DNA of 64,000 nt, from positions 23,529 to 87,528 of the forward strand of contig CADBJW010000002.1 in NCBI GenBank assembly GCA_902795135.1. The letters run 5' to 3'. The translations under genes and the position numbers were made by a program. This document shows, in pieces, positions 6,235-15,355 of the stretch; the stretch's first letter is position 1; every line of letters starts with the position of its first letter. The stretch is from an uncultured Eubacteriales bacterium. GTDB taxonomy: Bacteria > Bacillota > Clostridia > Peptostreptococcales > Anaerovoracaceae. The notes beneath the pieces are model-generated. The model was not told the DNA's origin. It ran no database searches and worked only from the letters and a program-made list of their open reading frames with translations.

Positions 6235-7979
6235 TAGATCGCCTTTGTTTTAATTTCCTCGATCAGTTTCGCGCACAATTCATCCGGTGTCATCTCTGAC
6301 TGATCTCCCGTTTTACCGTTTCTTACGGTCAGGATCTTTCCTTCGACTTCCTTCTCTCCAATGATGCACATGTAAGGAGTTCTTTCGTTTCTGGCTTCAC
6401 GGATCTTGTATCCGATCTTTTCGTTTCGGATATCGCATTCCACTCTCAGTCCTGCCTCTTCAAACTGTGCAGCCACTTCCTGTGCGTAATCCGTAAACTT
6501 CTCGGTTACCGTCATGAGTTTGACCTGAACCGGTGCGAGCCAAAGCGGGAATTTCCCTGCAAAGTGCTCGATCAGAATTCCGATGAATCGTTCTACGGAT
6601 CCAAAGGCTGCTCTATGGATCATGAGTGGTCTATGCTTTTCGCCGTCTGAACCGACGTAGCTGATGTCGAATCTCTGTGGCATCTGCATATCCAGCTGGA
6701 TCGTGCCGCACTGCCATGTTCTGCCGAGGGAATCCTCCAGATGGAAGTCCAGCTTCGGGCCATAAAATGCGCCGTCCCCTTCATTGACCACGTAATCAGC
6801 GCCAACGGATTCAATGGCTTCCTTCAGGGCGTTTTCTGCGGCTGTCCACTCTTCGATCGTTCCCATATGATCTTCCGGCATCGTTGACAGTTCGATGTGA
6901 TACGGCAGGTTGAACAGCTTATATAAATCATCGTAAAGATTGATGATTCCGGTTACTTCATCCTTGGTCTGTTCCGGCAGCATGAAGATGTGTGCATCAT
7001 CCTGTACGAACGTTCTGACTCTCATCAATCCGTGCAGGGCGCCACTCAGCTCATGCCGGTGTACCTGTCCCAGTTCTGCCATTCTAACCGGCAGTTCCCG
7101 ATAGGACCAAAGCTTTCTCTTGTAAGCCAGAATCGATCCCGGACAGTTCATCGGCTTGATGGCGTAGTCTTCGTCATCGATCTTCGTGAAATACATGTTG
7201 TCTTTATAGTGATCCCAGTGGCCCGATGTTCTCCACAGCTGCTCATTAAGAATCAGCGGTGTACGAATCTCATCGTAGCCTCTTCTTCTGTGTTCTTCCT
7301 TCCAGAAGCTTTCGAGTTCGTTTCGGATAATCATGCCCTTTGGCATAAAGAATGGGAAGCCCGGTCCTTCGTCATAAAGAGCGAACAGATCCATTTCCTT
7401 GCCGATCTTACGATGGTCTCTCCGCTTGGCTTCTTCGATCTTCTGCAGGTATTCATCCAGTTCTGCCTGTGAAGGGAAGCAGGTTCCATAGATTCTCTGA
7501 AGCATCTTGCGGTTTGAATCGCCTCTCCAGTACGCACCTGCAACGCTCTGCAGTTTCACAGCCTTGATCTGTCCGGTTCTCTCCATATGAGGGCCTGCAC
7601 AAAGGTCTGTAAAATCTCCCTGCTTATAAAATGAAATCGTTGCGTCTTCCGGAAGATCTTGAATCAGCTCTACCTTATATGGCTCTCCCGCTTCTTCCAT
7701 CAGTTTGATCGCTTCTTCCCGTGGCAGTTCAAACCGTTCCAGAGGATAGTTGGCCTGAATGATTTTTTTCATTTCCTTCTGGATTTTGAGAAGGTCCTGA
7801 TCATTCAGAACGTGTTCCATATCAAAGTCATAGTAAAAACCGTTGTCGATGGATGGTCCGATTGCCAGTTTGGCATCCGGCCATATCCTCTTAACTGCCT
7901 GCGCCAGAATATGAGATGTTGTATGTCTGTAATTCGATCTTACCTGTTCATCTTCAAAATTGATTTTTTCCTTTGCCAT
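6234..7979 (-). CDS. thrS: Threonine--tRNA ligase lacking the N-terminal TGS domain
   Basis: GAGGAG lies 7 nt before ATG 7979 (the ORF track starts 5 codons earlier). Has the editing motif RHTTSHILAQAV, then GPSIDNGFYYDF, and class II motifs including HRHELSGALHGLMRVR. Confidence 0.9.
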   Translation of the reverse strand: MAKEKINFEDEQVRSNYRHTTSHILAQAVKRIWPDAKLAIGPSIDNGFYYDFDMEHVLNDQDLLKIQKEMKKIIQANYPLERFELPREEAIKLMEEAGEPYKVELIQDLPEDATISFYKQGDFTDLCAGPHMERTGQIKAVKLQSVAGAYWRGDSNRKMLQRIYGTCFPSQAELDEYLQKIEEAKRRDHRKIGKEMDLFALYDEGPGFPFFMPKGMIIRNELESFWKEEHRRRGYDEIRTPLILNEQLWRTSGHWDHYKDNMYFTKIDDEDYAIKPMNCPGSILAYKRKLWSYRELPVRMAELGQVHRHELSGALHGLMRVRTFVQDDAHIFMLPEQTKDEVTGIINLYDDLYKLFNLPYHIELSTMPEDHMGTIEEWTAAENALKEAIESVGADYVVNEGDGAFYGPKLDFHLEDSLGRTWQCGTIQLDMQMPQRFDISYVGSDGEKHRPLMIHRAAFGSVERFIGILIEHFAGKFPLWLAPVQVKLMTVTEKFTDYAQEVAAQFEEAGLRVECDIRNEKIGYKIREARNERTPYMCIIGEKEVEGKILTVRNGKTGDQSEMTPDELCAKLIEEIKTKAI

Positions 7980-8002
7980 TTTGCTTCTCCTCAATTCTTT
8001 TT

Positions 8003-9076
8003 CTATTTTTCAAAAGCCAGATCAATCAGCCTGTCTATTAGCTCACTATACGTTACTCCAGATGCCTCCCAAAGCTGTGGGTACATGCTGATGGAAGTGA
8101 ACCCCGGCAGCGTATTGATTTCGTTGAAAACAAGTATACCGTCATCATACCCGCCGCTTTCTCCTTGTTCAAGGAAAAAATCCACTCTGGCCAAACCTTC
8201 ACACCCCATAATTTCGTAGATGCTAACGGCTGCAGTCCGGATTTCCTCTTCCTTTTCCTTTGACAAGTCTTTAACGATTGACGTTCTGGAACCTATATTA
8301 TCATACTTTGCCGTATAATCATAGAACTCATTGGCCGCAAAAATCTCACCGATGCAGGAGGCAATCGGAAGATTCGGTTCTTTGGACGCGCCGGTGTTTC
8401 CTAAAACGGCCACCTCGATTTCCCTTCCTTCGACCGCTTCCTCCACCAGCGCCTTCGTATCTTCTGCAAAAGCAATGGACAGCGCTTCCGGAAGCTGATC
8501 GCGGCTTTTGACCTTGCTGATTCCAACGGAAGACCCTGCATTTGCCGGTTTGACAAAGAGCGGATAGTCTCTGCTGAAGAACCGTTCAATCACGCCCGCG
8601 GCTTCTTCCAAGTCACAGCCTTTGTGCGCCACACAGCATTTCGCCTGGTTGCATGCTCCCGCCTGATCGACCACTGCTTTTGTAATGGCTTTATCCATAC
8701 AGGCCGCGGAAGATGTGGAGTCCGATCCTACGAATGGCAGTCCGGCAATTCGGAGGAACCCCTGCATTCTGCCGTCCTCTCCGTTCTTTCCATGAAGCAC
8801 CGGAAAGACCATATCGACGTCGATGCCCTCAAAACCGCGTCCCGGAACAATGCAAAGGCTTTGATTATTCTCATTTTCTTCCCATGCTCCACTGGCGATG
8901 TCCTCAGCCGGAGCGTTGGTCAGAAACCATTGTCCGTCCTTCGTGATCCCTGTGGTCAGTACGTTATATTTTTCTGTATCGATGTGTTCAATCACGGATG
9001 CGGCAGAAACTCTGGAAACTTCATGCTCCGAAGAAACACCACCAAACAGTATCATAATCGTTTTTTTCTCAGACAT
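8003..9076 (-). CDS. ddl: D-alanine--D-alanine ligase
   Basis: 357 aa. ILFGGVSSEHEVSRVSA at the N-terminus, an ATP-grasp core, and C-terminal NEINTLPGFT. Confidence 0.9.
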   Translation of the reverse strand: MSEKKTIMILFGGVSSEHEVSRVSAASVIEHIDTEKYNVLTTGITKDGQWFLTNAPAEDIASGAWEENENNQSLCIVPGRGFEGIDVDMVFPVLHGKNGEDGRMQGFLRIAGLPFVGSDSTSSAACMDKAITKAVVDQAGACNQAKCCVAHKGCDLEEAAGVIERFFSRDYPLFVKPANAGSSVGISKVKSRDQLPEALSIAFAEDTKALVEEAVEGREIEVAVLGNTGASKEPNLPIASCIGEIFAANEFYDYTAKYDNIGSRTSIVKDLSKEKEEEIRTAAVSIYEIMGCEGLARVDFFLEQGESGGYDDGILVFNEINTLPGFTSISMYPQLWEASGVTYSELIDRLIDLAFEK

Positions 9077-9085
9077 TTTTCCCCC

Positions 9086-10474
9086 TTAATAGAGACCTGT
9101 CAGCTCTGAAATACGTGTGCTGATTTCCTGAACAGTATCCGTCGGCGTGTACCCGCCCTGGTCAAAGAACTGTTCATGGAGTTTTGAAACGTTGTTTGAC
9201 AAATTGATCGGTGGTCCGTACCAGGCATATCCTGCCCCTGCCGAACCGGTCCAACTGCCTACGTCGTACGGGAATCCCGTTGTGCTATCCGTCATATCAT
9301 AGAGTTTGAATTTCAAAACCATCTTCATGATTTCGGAAGAGGACATATTGGTTCCGACCTCTGGCAATACCTTTCGGGTCACCCGGAACATCTTGAAGTA
9401 TCCTGAATGTTTGAGTTTCTTGAATGTCTCGCTAAAGACGACCTTCATTCTCTCATTTCTTCGGTAGTCGCCAGTAGCTGCATCCTTACGGATTCTGGAA
9501 TAGGTAACCGCCTGTACGCCGTTCAGTGTCTGTTTGCCCGGTCCTTTGATCTTGTCATCCGGTCCGCCAACATTTTTGGCGGTTTCCTTGATGTACTTAT
9601 TCATTTCATCGATTTCTGATTCCTTGACATTGATCTCAATGCCGCCGACTGCATCGATGGTATCCGCTACGGTTTTCCAGTTGATGATCACGACCTTATC
9701 GATATTAAGGTCCAGATTCTTGTTCAAAGCGTACAGAGACTGCTGCGCACCGCCATAATGATAGGCGTGGGTGATTTTGTCCAGTCCCTGATCGCCAACA
9801 TCCAGCAATGTGTCTCTAAATACGGAGAACATTTTTACTTCATTGGTTTCGTTATTGATGCTGGCAACGATGATTGCGTCACTTCTGGCCGCCGACTGAT
9901 CGTCATCGGCTCTGGCATCGGTTCCCAGCACTGCGATGTTCGTGTATTTATCCAGCTGGGTCGCAACTTCCGGATTGATGGCGATGGCACTCTTATCGAT
10001 GTCCACATCATCCATACTGATCAAGGTTCCGAACAGAAGCAAGAGTCCTCCCAGGACAACGACGCCTGCTGCCAGTGCCGCGATAACGGTTCCGCGAATC
10101 GTCCTCTTTGCTTTGCTCCCTGGTCCCTTAAATTCAAATTTTGGCCATCTGTTTTTCCCTTTGTTTTTGCGGCCAAAACTGGTTTTATTGTGGGAGCGGT
10201 TTTCCTTAAAGCCGCTTTCTTCACGGGAAAACAGCCTTTCTTTTAAGGAACGTGTCTCAGGTTCTTCCGGTTCGGCTTGCCGTTTTTCACGCATGGCAAG
10301 ATACTCTTCGTGCTCCCGATGTCTCCGCTGCTCCTCCAGCGCTTCCCGGTGCTCCCTTTGAGCCTTCTCGCGGTAGATTCTGCGCATCTCCGACTCGCCG
10401 TAGGTATGCTCCTCGTTATGTTTATGTTCTCTTAAAGAAAGATATTCCTGATACTGCCGTTCTCGTTCGTCCAT
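9086..10474 (-). CDS. LCP (LytR-CpsA-Psr) family protein, paralog 3, with a highly charged cytoplasmic N-terminal extension
   Basis: 462 aa. About 120 aa of Arg/Glu/His-rich sequence precede the TM segment. LCP core: AVLGTDARADD...SDAIIVASIN...FRDT...DKITHAYHYGG...DAVGGIEINV. Confidence 0.8.
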   Translation of the reverse strand: MDERERQYQEYLSLREHKHNEEHTYGESEMRRIYREKAQREHREALEEQRRHREHEEYLAMREKRQAEPEEPETRSLKERLFSREESGFKENRSHNKTSFGRKNKGKNRWPKFEFKGPGSKAKRTIRGTVIAALAAGVVVLGGLLLLFGTLISMDDVDIDKSAIAINPEVATQLDKYTNIAVLGTDARADDDQSAARSDAIIVASINNETNEVKMFSVFRDTLLDVGDQGLDKITHAYHYGGAQQSLYALNKNLDLNIDKVVIINWKTVADTIDAVGGIEINVKESEIDEMNKYIKETAKNVGGPDDKIKGPGKQTLNGVQAVTYSRIRKDAATGDYRRNERMKVVFSETFKKLKHSGYFKMFRVTRKVLPEVGTNMSSSEIMKMVLKFKLYDMTDSTTGFPYDVGSWTGSAGAGYAWYGPPINLSNNVSKLHEQFFDQGGYTPTDTVQEISTRISELTGLY

Positions 10475-10496
10475 AAATGATTCGTGCTCCTATTGT

Positions 10497-12008
10497 TTAT
10501 AAGTCTTTCGTGTATCCTAGATAAACGTAGTAGCCGCTATCCAGCTTGCCCCATCCGTTTTCTTTGGATACGATATACAGATTTTCACCTTCTTCAAAGG
10601 TACCTACTTTCTTATATCTCGATCCCGGACCCGTTCGGTAATTTACGGAGTCGGTGGTTACCGCGTTGTAAGACGCAATTTTCTTCAGGTGCTTGCTCTT
10701 GATAAAGTATCCATTTTTGAGCTTGCTCCAGTCTCCGGACTTGCCGACGACTTCCACCTTCTTGCCTCCCTTATAAGTTCCGACCTTTTCGTAATTGGTT
10801 CCCGGACCCGTTCGATAATTCACTCTTGATTTCGTCTTTGCCCGATATGGGGTGACGGAGGTCAGCGCATAATCCCCTTCTGTGTTCACTTCGGACTTCG
10901 CTTCTGATTTCGCTGCGGTATCGGAAGAGCCCGTAGCCTTTTTGGATCCACCCTGTCCGTTGTCAAAGATGTAGTTCATATCGATGGAACCGCTGAGTCC
11001 ATTGACTTTGCCGCTGGAGCTATACTGCCACATCCAGTACTCTCCCGGATAAGTGGTTGCCGTTCCACGGGTCGTATAATTTGCCAACCAGATCCGGTAC
11101 TGATCCTGCAGCTTGTTGTAGTCCAGATAGTTATTGAGCATCGTATAATTGGCATAAATCATCGGCGTATATCCTGCATCTTCGATCCTGTCGCAGAATG
11201 CCTGACAAATCTTCGTCGATGTTCCATCGGCTGCCAGCTTCCGAAGCTTTGCGGAGTTCAGTCTTCCTGCCGCGTTGGTCTCGTAGTCGAATACGACCGG
11301 AAGGTTGATCTTTGACTTATAGTTTTTCAGGACCTTGATCGTATAGTCGGCTTCTTTCTGGGCCTCTTCTACGGATGTGGCCTGTGAGAAGTGGTAGACA
11401 CCAACCTTGATCCCTGCATTGTAAGCACGGTTTACATTATTGCTGAACTTGCTGTCCATATTCAGACTGAAGTGGCTGAGGCTTGTATATCCTGACCGGA
11501 TGATGACGTGGGTAACGCCTGCTGTCTTAACCTTTTGCCAGGAAGCATCTGAAATATTTCCCTGCCACCATGAAATGTCCAGACAATTGTATCTCTTGAA
11601 TTTGCCGTATTTCTCCGGTGTCTGGGCTTTACCCAGGCCGGAAACACCGCAACCTACCGCATTCATATTGCTGCTCATTTCATCCATGCTGGTGTCACTG
11701 ATGCCTTCCGCGTTTTCATCCATCTTCTGAATGAACTTATCGACTTCATCCTGTTCGACTTCTTTCTCCTGGAGATTGCCGCTGTCATTCACTTCATAGT
11801 AATGATACAGTTCCGGGTCTTCCACCAGTTCTTCTGTGTCGCCTTGGTTCTTGAGTTCTTCGTAGTTCTTGCCTTCCAGATCTTCATAAGACACGATCTC
11901 ATCCGACCCGGCATAAGCTCGTTCCGCGAGAATCGGCATAAACGACATGGAAAAAGCCGTCACGCCTGCCAGTGCGAAAATCATGAATGCTCTGACTGAT
12001 TGTTTCAT
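10497..12008 (-). CDS. Secreted GH25 muramidase (lysozyme) with two C-terminal SH3-like repeats
   Basis: 503 aa with a signal peptide. GH25 core: LDISWWQGNISDASWQKVKTAGVTHVIIRSGYT...VGVYHFSQA. Two repeats match VNYRTGPG..Y.KVGT...W.KL..GY. Confidence 0.8.
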   Translation of the reverse strand: MKQSVRAFMIFALAGVTAFSMSFMPILAERAYAGSDEIVSYEDLEGKNYEELKNQGDTEELVEDPELYHYYEVNDSGNLQEKEVEQDEVDKFIQKMDENAEGISDTSMDEMSSNMNAVGCGVSGLGKAQTPEKYGKFKRYNCLDISWWQGNISDASWQKVKTAGVTHVIIRSGYTSLSHFSLNMDSKFSNNVNRAYNAGIKVGVYHFSQATSVEEAQKEADYTIKVLKNYKSKINLPVVFDYETNAAGRLNSAKLRKLAADGTSTKICQAFCDRIEDAGYTPMIYANYTMLNNYLDYNKLQDQYRIWLANYTTRGTATTYPGEYWMWQYSSSGKVNGLSGSIDMNYIFDNGQGGSKKATGSSDTAAKSEAKSEVNTEGDYALTSVTPYRAKTKSRVNYRTGPGTNYEKVGTYKGGKKVEVVGKSGDWSKLKNGYFIKSKHLKKIASYNAVTTDSVNYRTGPGSRYKKVGTFEEGENLYIVSKENGWGKLDSGYYVYLGYTKDL

Positions 12009-12021
12009 TTCCGTTCTCCCT

Positions 12022-13923
12022 CTACTTCTTTAATACCTTAAGCGGTACCCAATAACCACTGCTGAGTTGTGCCCAGTTATTATAAAGGCCGATTACTTTA
12101 ACTTTCTTTCCTTTTTTGTACGTTTTCTTTTTTATGTAAGAAGTTCCAGGACCGGTTCTGCTCTTATACTTAGAGCGCATCTTGGTCGTGTAACTTTTTT
12201 TGACTGCCGGTTTATAAATCGGGTAAATCTTCTTGGCTTTGGTGCAGCTTTTCTTGATCCAGTAGCCGTTGCTGAGCTGTACCCATTTTTTGGTCTTGTT
12301 GATGACGTAAAGCGTCTTGCCTTTCTTGACTTTCCCCTTCTTCTTGTATTTCTTACCCGGGCCGGTTCTGTAGGATGTCTTTTTCTTTACCTTTACGACT
12401 TTCAGCCATGCACGGCCCTGTCCATCGAAGGAATACTTTTTGACTCCAAACCAGTGGGAGGAGCTTTTGTACATCTCACCATTGCTGCTGAAGCCGTAGA
12501 TGTAGCTGCCGATCTTGGCAATGCCGGTCTGCAGCGCGCCGGTCTTGGTTGCGTAGTATCTCTTACCGTTCAGTGTTACCCAGGCGGACTTGACCGTATT
12601 GCCCTTTTTCGTCTTGATATAATAATAAGTTTTTCCGTCCTTGCCCTTTGCTGTAACGATTTTAGAAGGTACATCCTTGACGACAGGCGCTGCTTTCGTC
12701 GTACCGCGGTTCATATAGGACCGCATGCTGCTGTGGCTGATTACCAGAAGGTTCGTATCAACTCTGGTTTTGATCCCGTCCACACTGCCGCTGCTGCCGC
12801 ACTGCCAGATGCTGTATTTGCTTCCATATCCGTATTTCGTATAGTTGCTGCTGGAAATCGGCCATCTGGCGACCCAAAGGTCGTATCCTTCCTTGTGAAG
12901 ACTGTCCCCGTTGAGGTATTTTTCAAACCAGTTCAGGTTTGCGTAAATGCCCGCTTTGTATCCGCTCGCCGTTACTCTGGAGCAGAATGTACGTGCGAAC
13001 TTTGTGATTTTCGTCTTGCTTTTGGTGGATTTCAGAATGCTATTGTCTTCCAGGTCATAGTACACCGGATAATCCGGATGATGGCCCTTGAGCAGTCTCA
13101 GAGCGTGATTGGCTTCGCTTTTGGCGTCCGATTCGGATTTTGCATAGGAATAGAGATAGACACCATAAGGAATTCCCTTGCTTTCGCAGGCTTTTACATT
13201 TCTTGCGAACTTGCTGTCATCCTTTGAAGTGGTGTTTTTGCCATATCCACACCGAATGATGACAAAGTCCAGCTTGCCGCTCTTAACGACTTTCTTGACT
13301 TTATCCCAATTGATATCGCCCTGCCATACGCTGACATCGATTCCCTTGAGATATCCGCCGCTGCACGTAATGTAACCGTTTGTGTAGCTGGCTTTGAATC
13401 TCCAGGATTTGTTTCTGCTGGTTCCATAGGAAGAAGCTGCTGCAGAAAGGGGATTCCCGTTTTCTTCCATCTGTTCCTCGATGGTCGCGCCCATCTGTGC
13501 ATTGATGTTCTCAGCTTCTTCTGTTAGCTGCCCATCTTTGTACCGCCAACTGTCCGCTGTTTCTTCGGCATATTGCTCCGGATCTTCCGCAAGCAGTTCC
13601 TCGGTCAGAGGAGTTTCTTCGGTTGCCTCTTCACTTCCCAGATTCTCAGTCGGGTCAATGGCCGATTCTTCGGAAGCCTGCGCCGCGTCCTGCGGCTCCG
13701 CTTCCTGCCCGGCAGCTTCCGAGCTGGATGTTTCATCCTGCACTTCGCTGCTCGGCATGGTCGCTTCCGCACCGGACGGCTCCATTTGAACGGTTTCTGT
13801 TTCCTGCGCACTGCTGGTTTCGGTTACTGCTCCAAAGGCGTTCTGTCCAGTGAAAATTGTCGTTGCACACATCATGATCGTTAAAACACAGGCTGTCAGT
13901 TTTTTCATTCCATTAGAATTCAT
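12022..13923 (-). CDS. Secreted GH25 muramidase with cell-wall-binding repeats and two Lys-rich SH3-like repeats
   Basis: 633 aa. Signal peptide, an acidic Ser/Glu-rich linker, then GH25 core GIDVSVWQGDINWDKVKK...FVIIRCGYG...YGVYLYSYA. Has YY-type wall-binding repeats and two RTGPG SH3 repeats. GGAGG lies 9 nt before ATG 13923. Confidence 0.8.
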   Translation of the reverse strand: MNSNGMKKLTACVLTIMMCATTIFTGQNAFGAVTETSSAQETETVQMEPSGAEATMPSSEVQDETSSSEAAGQEAEPQDAAQASEESAIDPTENLGSEEATEETPLTEELLAEDPEQYAEETADSWRYKDGQLTEEAENINAQMGATIEEQMEENGNPLSAAASSYGTSRNKSWRFKASYTNGYITCSGGYLKGIDVSVWQGDINWDKVKKVVKSGKLDFVIIRCGYGKNTTSKDDSKFARNVKACESKGIPYGVYLYSYAKSESDAKSEANHALRLLKGHHPDYPVYYDLEDNSILKSTKSKTKITKFARTFCSRVTASGYKAGIYANLNWFEKYLNGDSLHKEGYDLWVARWPISSSNYTKYGYGSKYSIWQCGSSGSVDGIKTRVDTNLLVISHSSMRSYMNRGTTKAAPVVKDVPSKIVTAKGKDGKTYYYIKTKKGNTVKSAWVTLNGKRYYATKTGALQTGIAKIGSYIYGFSSNGEMYKSSSHWFGVKKYSFDGQGRAWLKVVKVKKKTSYRTGPGKKYKKKGKVKKGKTLYVINKTKKWVQLSNGYWIKKSCTKAKKIYPIYKPAVKKSYTTKMRSKYKSRTGPGTSYIKKKTYKKGKKVKVIGLYNNWAQLSSGYWVPLKVLKK

Positions 13924-14371
13924 AAATCATAACCTCCGGGTAACAACTGATCCCATACTGCGGACAAGTCAGACACTCAAAGAAATTGGGTGCATCTTCT
14001 CTGCGAACTGTCCGAAACCCGTTTTTTCTGAAGAACTCCGGTGCTCTGGCTACCAGATACATTCTGGTTCCACCCAGCCTTTTGGTTTCATCAAGGCCCA
14101 GCTGCAAAAGCTCCGTTCCGATGTCTGAACCACGGTACGTGCGGTCTACTGCGATGCCATCGCAGATAAATTCTCCTTCGCGCTTTGCCAGTACAAAGGC
14201 ACCAATCAGCGCATCCTGCCCGGCTTCACCCTTTCCGGTGACTTTCCAGCACTTGACCAAATCGGTCGGAACTTCCTCCGCATCCTCTTCCGTAAATTCA
14301 AGCTCGTTTTCTATAAAAAACGGGACAAGCGAAGTATATTCTTCTGTTTCTGAAATAATGTACTCTTTCAT
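13913..14371 (-). CDS. GNAT family N-acetyltransferase
   Basis: About 152 aa from ATG 14371 (the ORF-track TTG is at 14383). Acetyl-CoA motif IAVDRTYRGSDIGTELL. C-terminal Cys motif CLTCPQYGISC. Confidence 0.65.
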   Translation of the reverse strand: MKEYIISETEEYTSLVPFFIENELEFTEEDAEEVPTDLVKCWKVTGKGEAGQDALIGAFVLAKREGEFICDGIAVDRTYRGSDIGTELLQLGLDETKRLGGTRMYLVARAPEFFRKNGFRTVRREDAPNFFECLTCPQYGISCYPEVMIYEF

Positions 14372-14383
14372 TCTTTTATCCAA

Positions 14384-15301
14384 TCAATCATATTTCCAGG
14401 TTTCTTCCGAAACGAATACCTGCAATCTTCCTTCCAGAACGCTGAAGTCCAGCGGAAGTTTTTCGCCTTTTTCACCATCGATGTCCGTCGTCAAATCTTC
14501 TTCGGACTCGACTCTGAGTCGTTCTGACTGGAAGTAAATAACGTTTTTATTATTTGGATGTCTTCCGCTGATGACCTCAAACAGCAAAGGCCCGAATTCC
14601 ACAATCGGCATTTTCTTAAAGGCTACGACATCCAGTTTGCCGTCTGCCATCGAGGAACGAGGTGACAGTTTCCGAAATCCCCCGGCAGACTCACCGTTCA
14701 TCACGGTCATGAAATAGATGCTTTCCTCAATGACTTCCTCCGCAGTCGTCAGCCTGACTGGTATTCCATGTACCTGAGGCAGTTCACTAGCCGCTTTCAG
14801 GTAGTACGCCAAAGGCCCCAGCGCGTTTTTGAGCAACGGATCGGTTTTCTGGCTGACATCGACCATGGCGCCCATGGCGCAGACATTGATAAAGCAACGC
14901 CCGTTCACGTAGCCCAGATCCGCCCGGGTCGTCTTATTTCCCAATGCGATGTCCAGCGCCGCGTCGATATCCGAATCGATTTCAAAATAAAATGCAAAAT
15001 CGTTGGCGGTGCCCGACGGCAATATGCCTACCGGAATATCCACATCGTATTTCACCATCGCATTGGCGCACAGATTCATGGTTCCGTCTCCGCCAGCTAC
15101 AATGATTCTTTCACAATCCCTGTTTTCTTCTTTTTCCAATGCGTCAAAGATCGTATAGTCTCTGGAAGCTCTGACCAGCGTCACTGCAAAACCTGCATTC
15201 TGGCATCGTTCGATGATGTGGTCCAAATTATCCTTAAATATGCCGCTCCCTGAATAGGGGTTATAATATAAAAGCAGCTTCCCTCTATCTTCTCTTGCCA
15301 T
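14384..15301 (-). CDS. Diacylglycerol kinase-family lipid kinase (YegS/DagK-like)
   Basis: 305 aa. Has the IIVAGGDGTMN motif typical of the DAGK catalytic domain. Confidence 0.8.
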   Translation of the reverse strand: MAREDRGKLLLYYNPYSGSGIFKDNLDHIIERCQNAGFAVTLVRASRDYTIFDALEKEENRDCERIIVAGGDGTMNLCANAMVKYDVDIPVGILPSGTANDFAFYFEIDSDIDAALDIALGNKTTRADLGYVNGRCFINVCAMGAMVDVSQKTDPLLKNALGPLAYYLKAASELPQVHGIPVRLTTAEEVIEESIYFMTVMNGESAGGFRKLSPRSSMADGKLDVVAFKKMPIVEFGPLLFEVISGRHPNNKNVIYFQSERLRVESEEDLTTDIDGEKGEKLPLDFSVLEGRLQVFVSEETWKYD

Positions 15302-15355
15302 TTCCCTCTTTACCTTTCCTGCTATAGTTTGTGAACGACATCACGTCTATGCATA

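Noticed and set aside
12067-13227. Long antisense ORFs opposite real genes: 12067..13227, 21936..23150, 36084..37061, 54304..55182, 60228..61157, 47302..48021, 47871..48626, 43267..43995, 41937..42812, and others
   Set aside because: Each is a shadow frame of a confidently identified minus-strand gene. Their products have no recognisable motifs, are biased in composition (Ser/Phe/Arg/Leu-rich), and lack RBSs.
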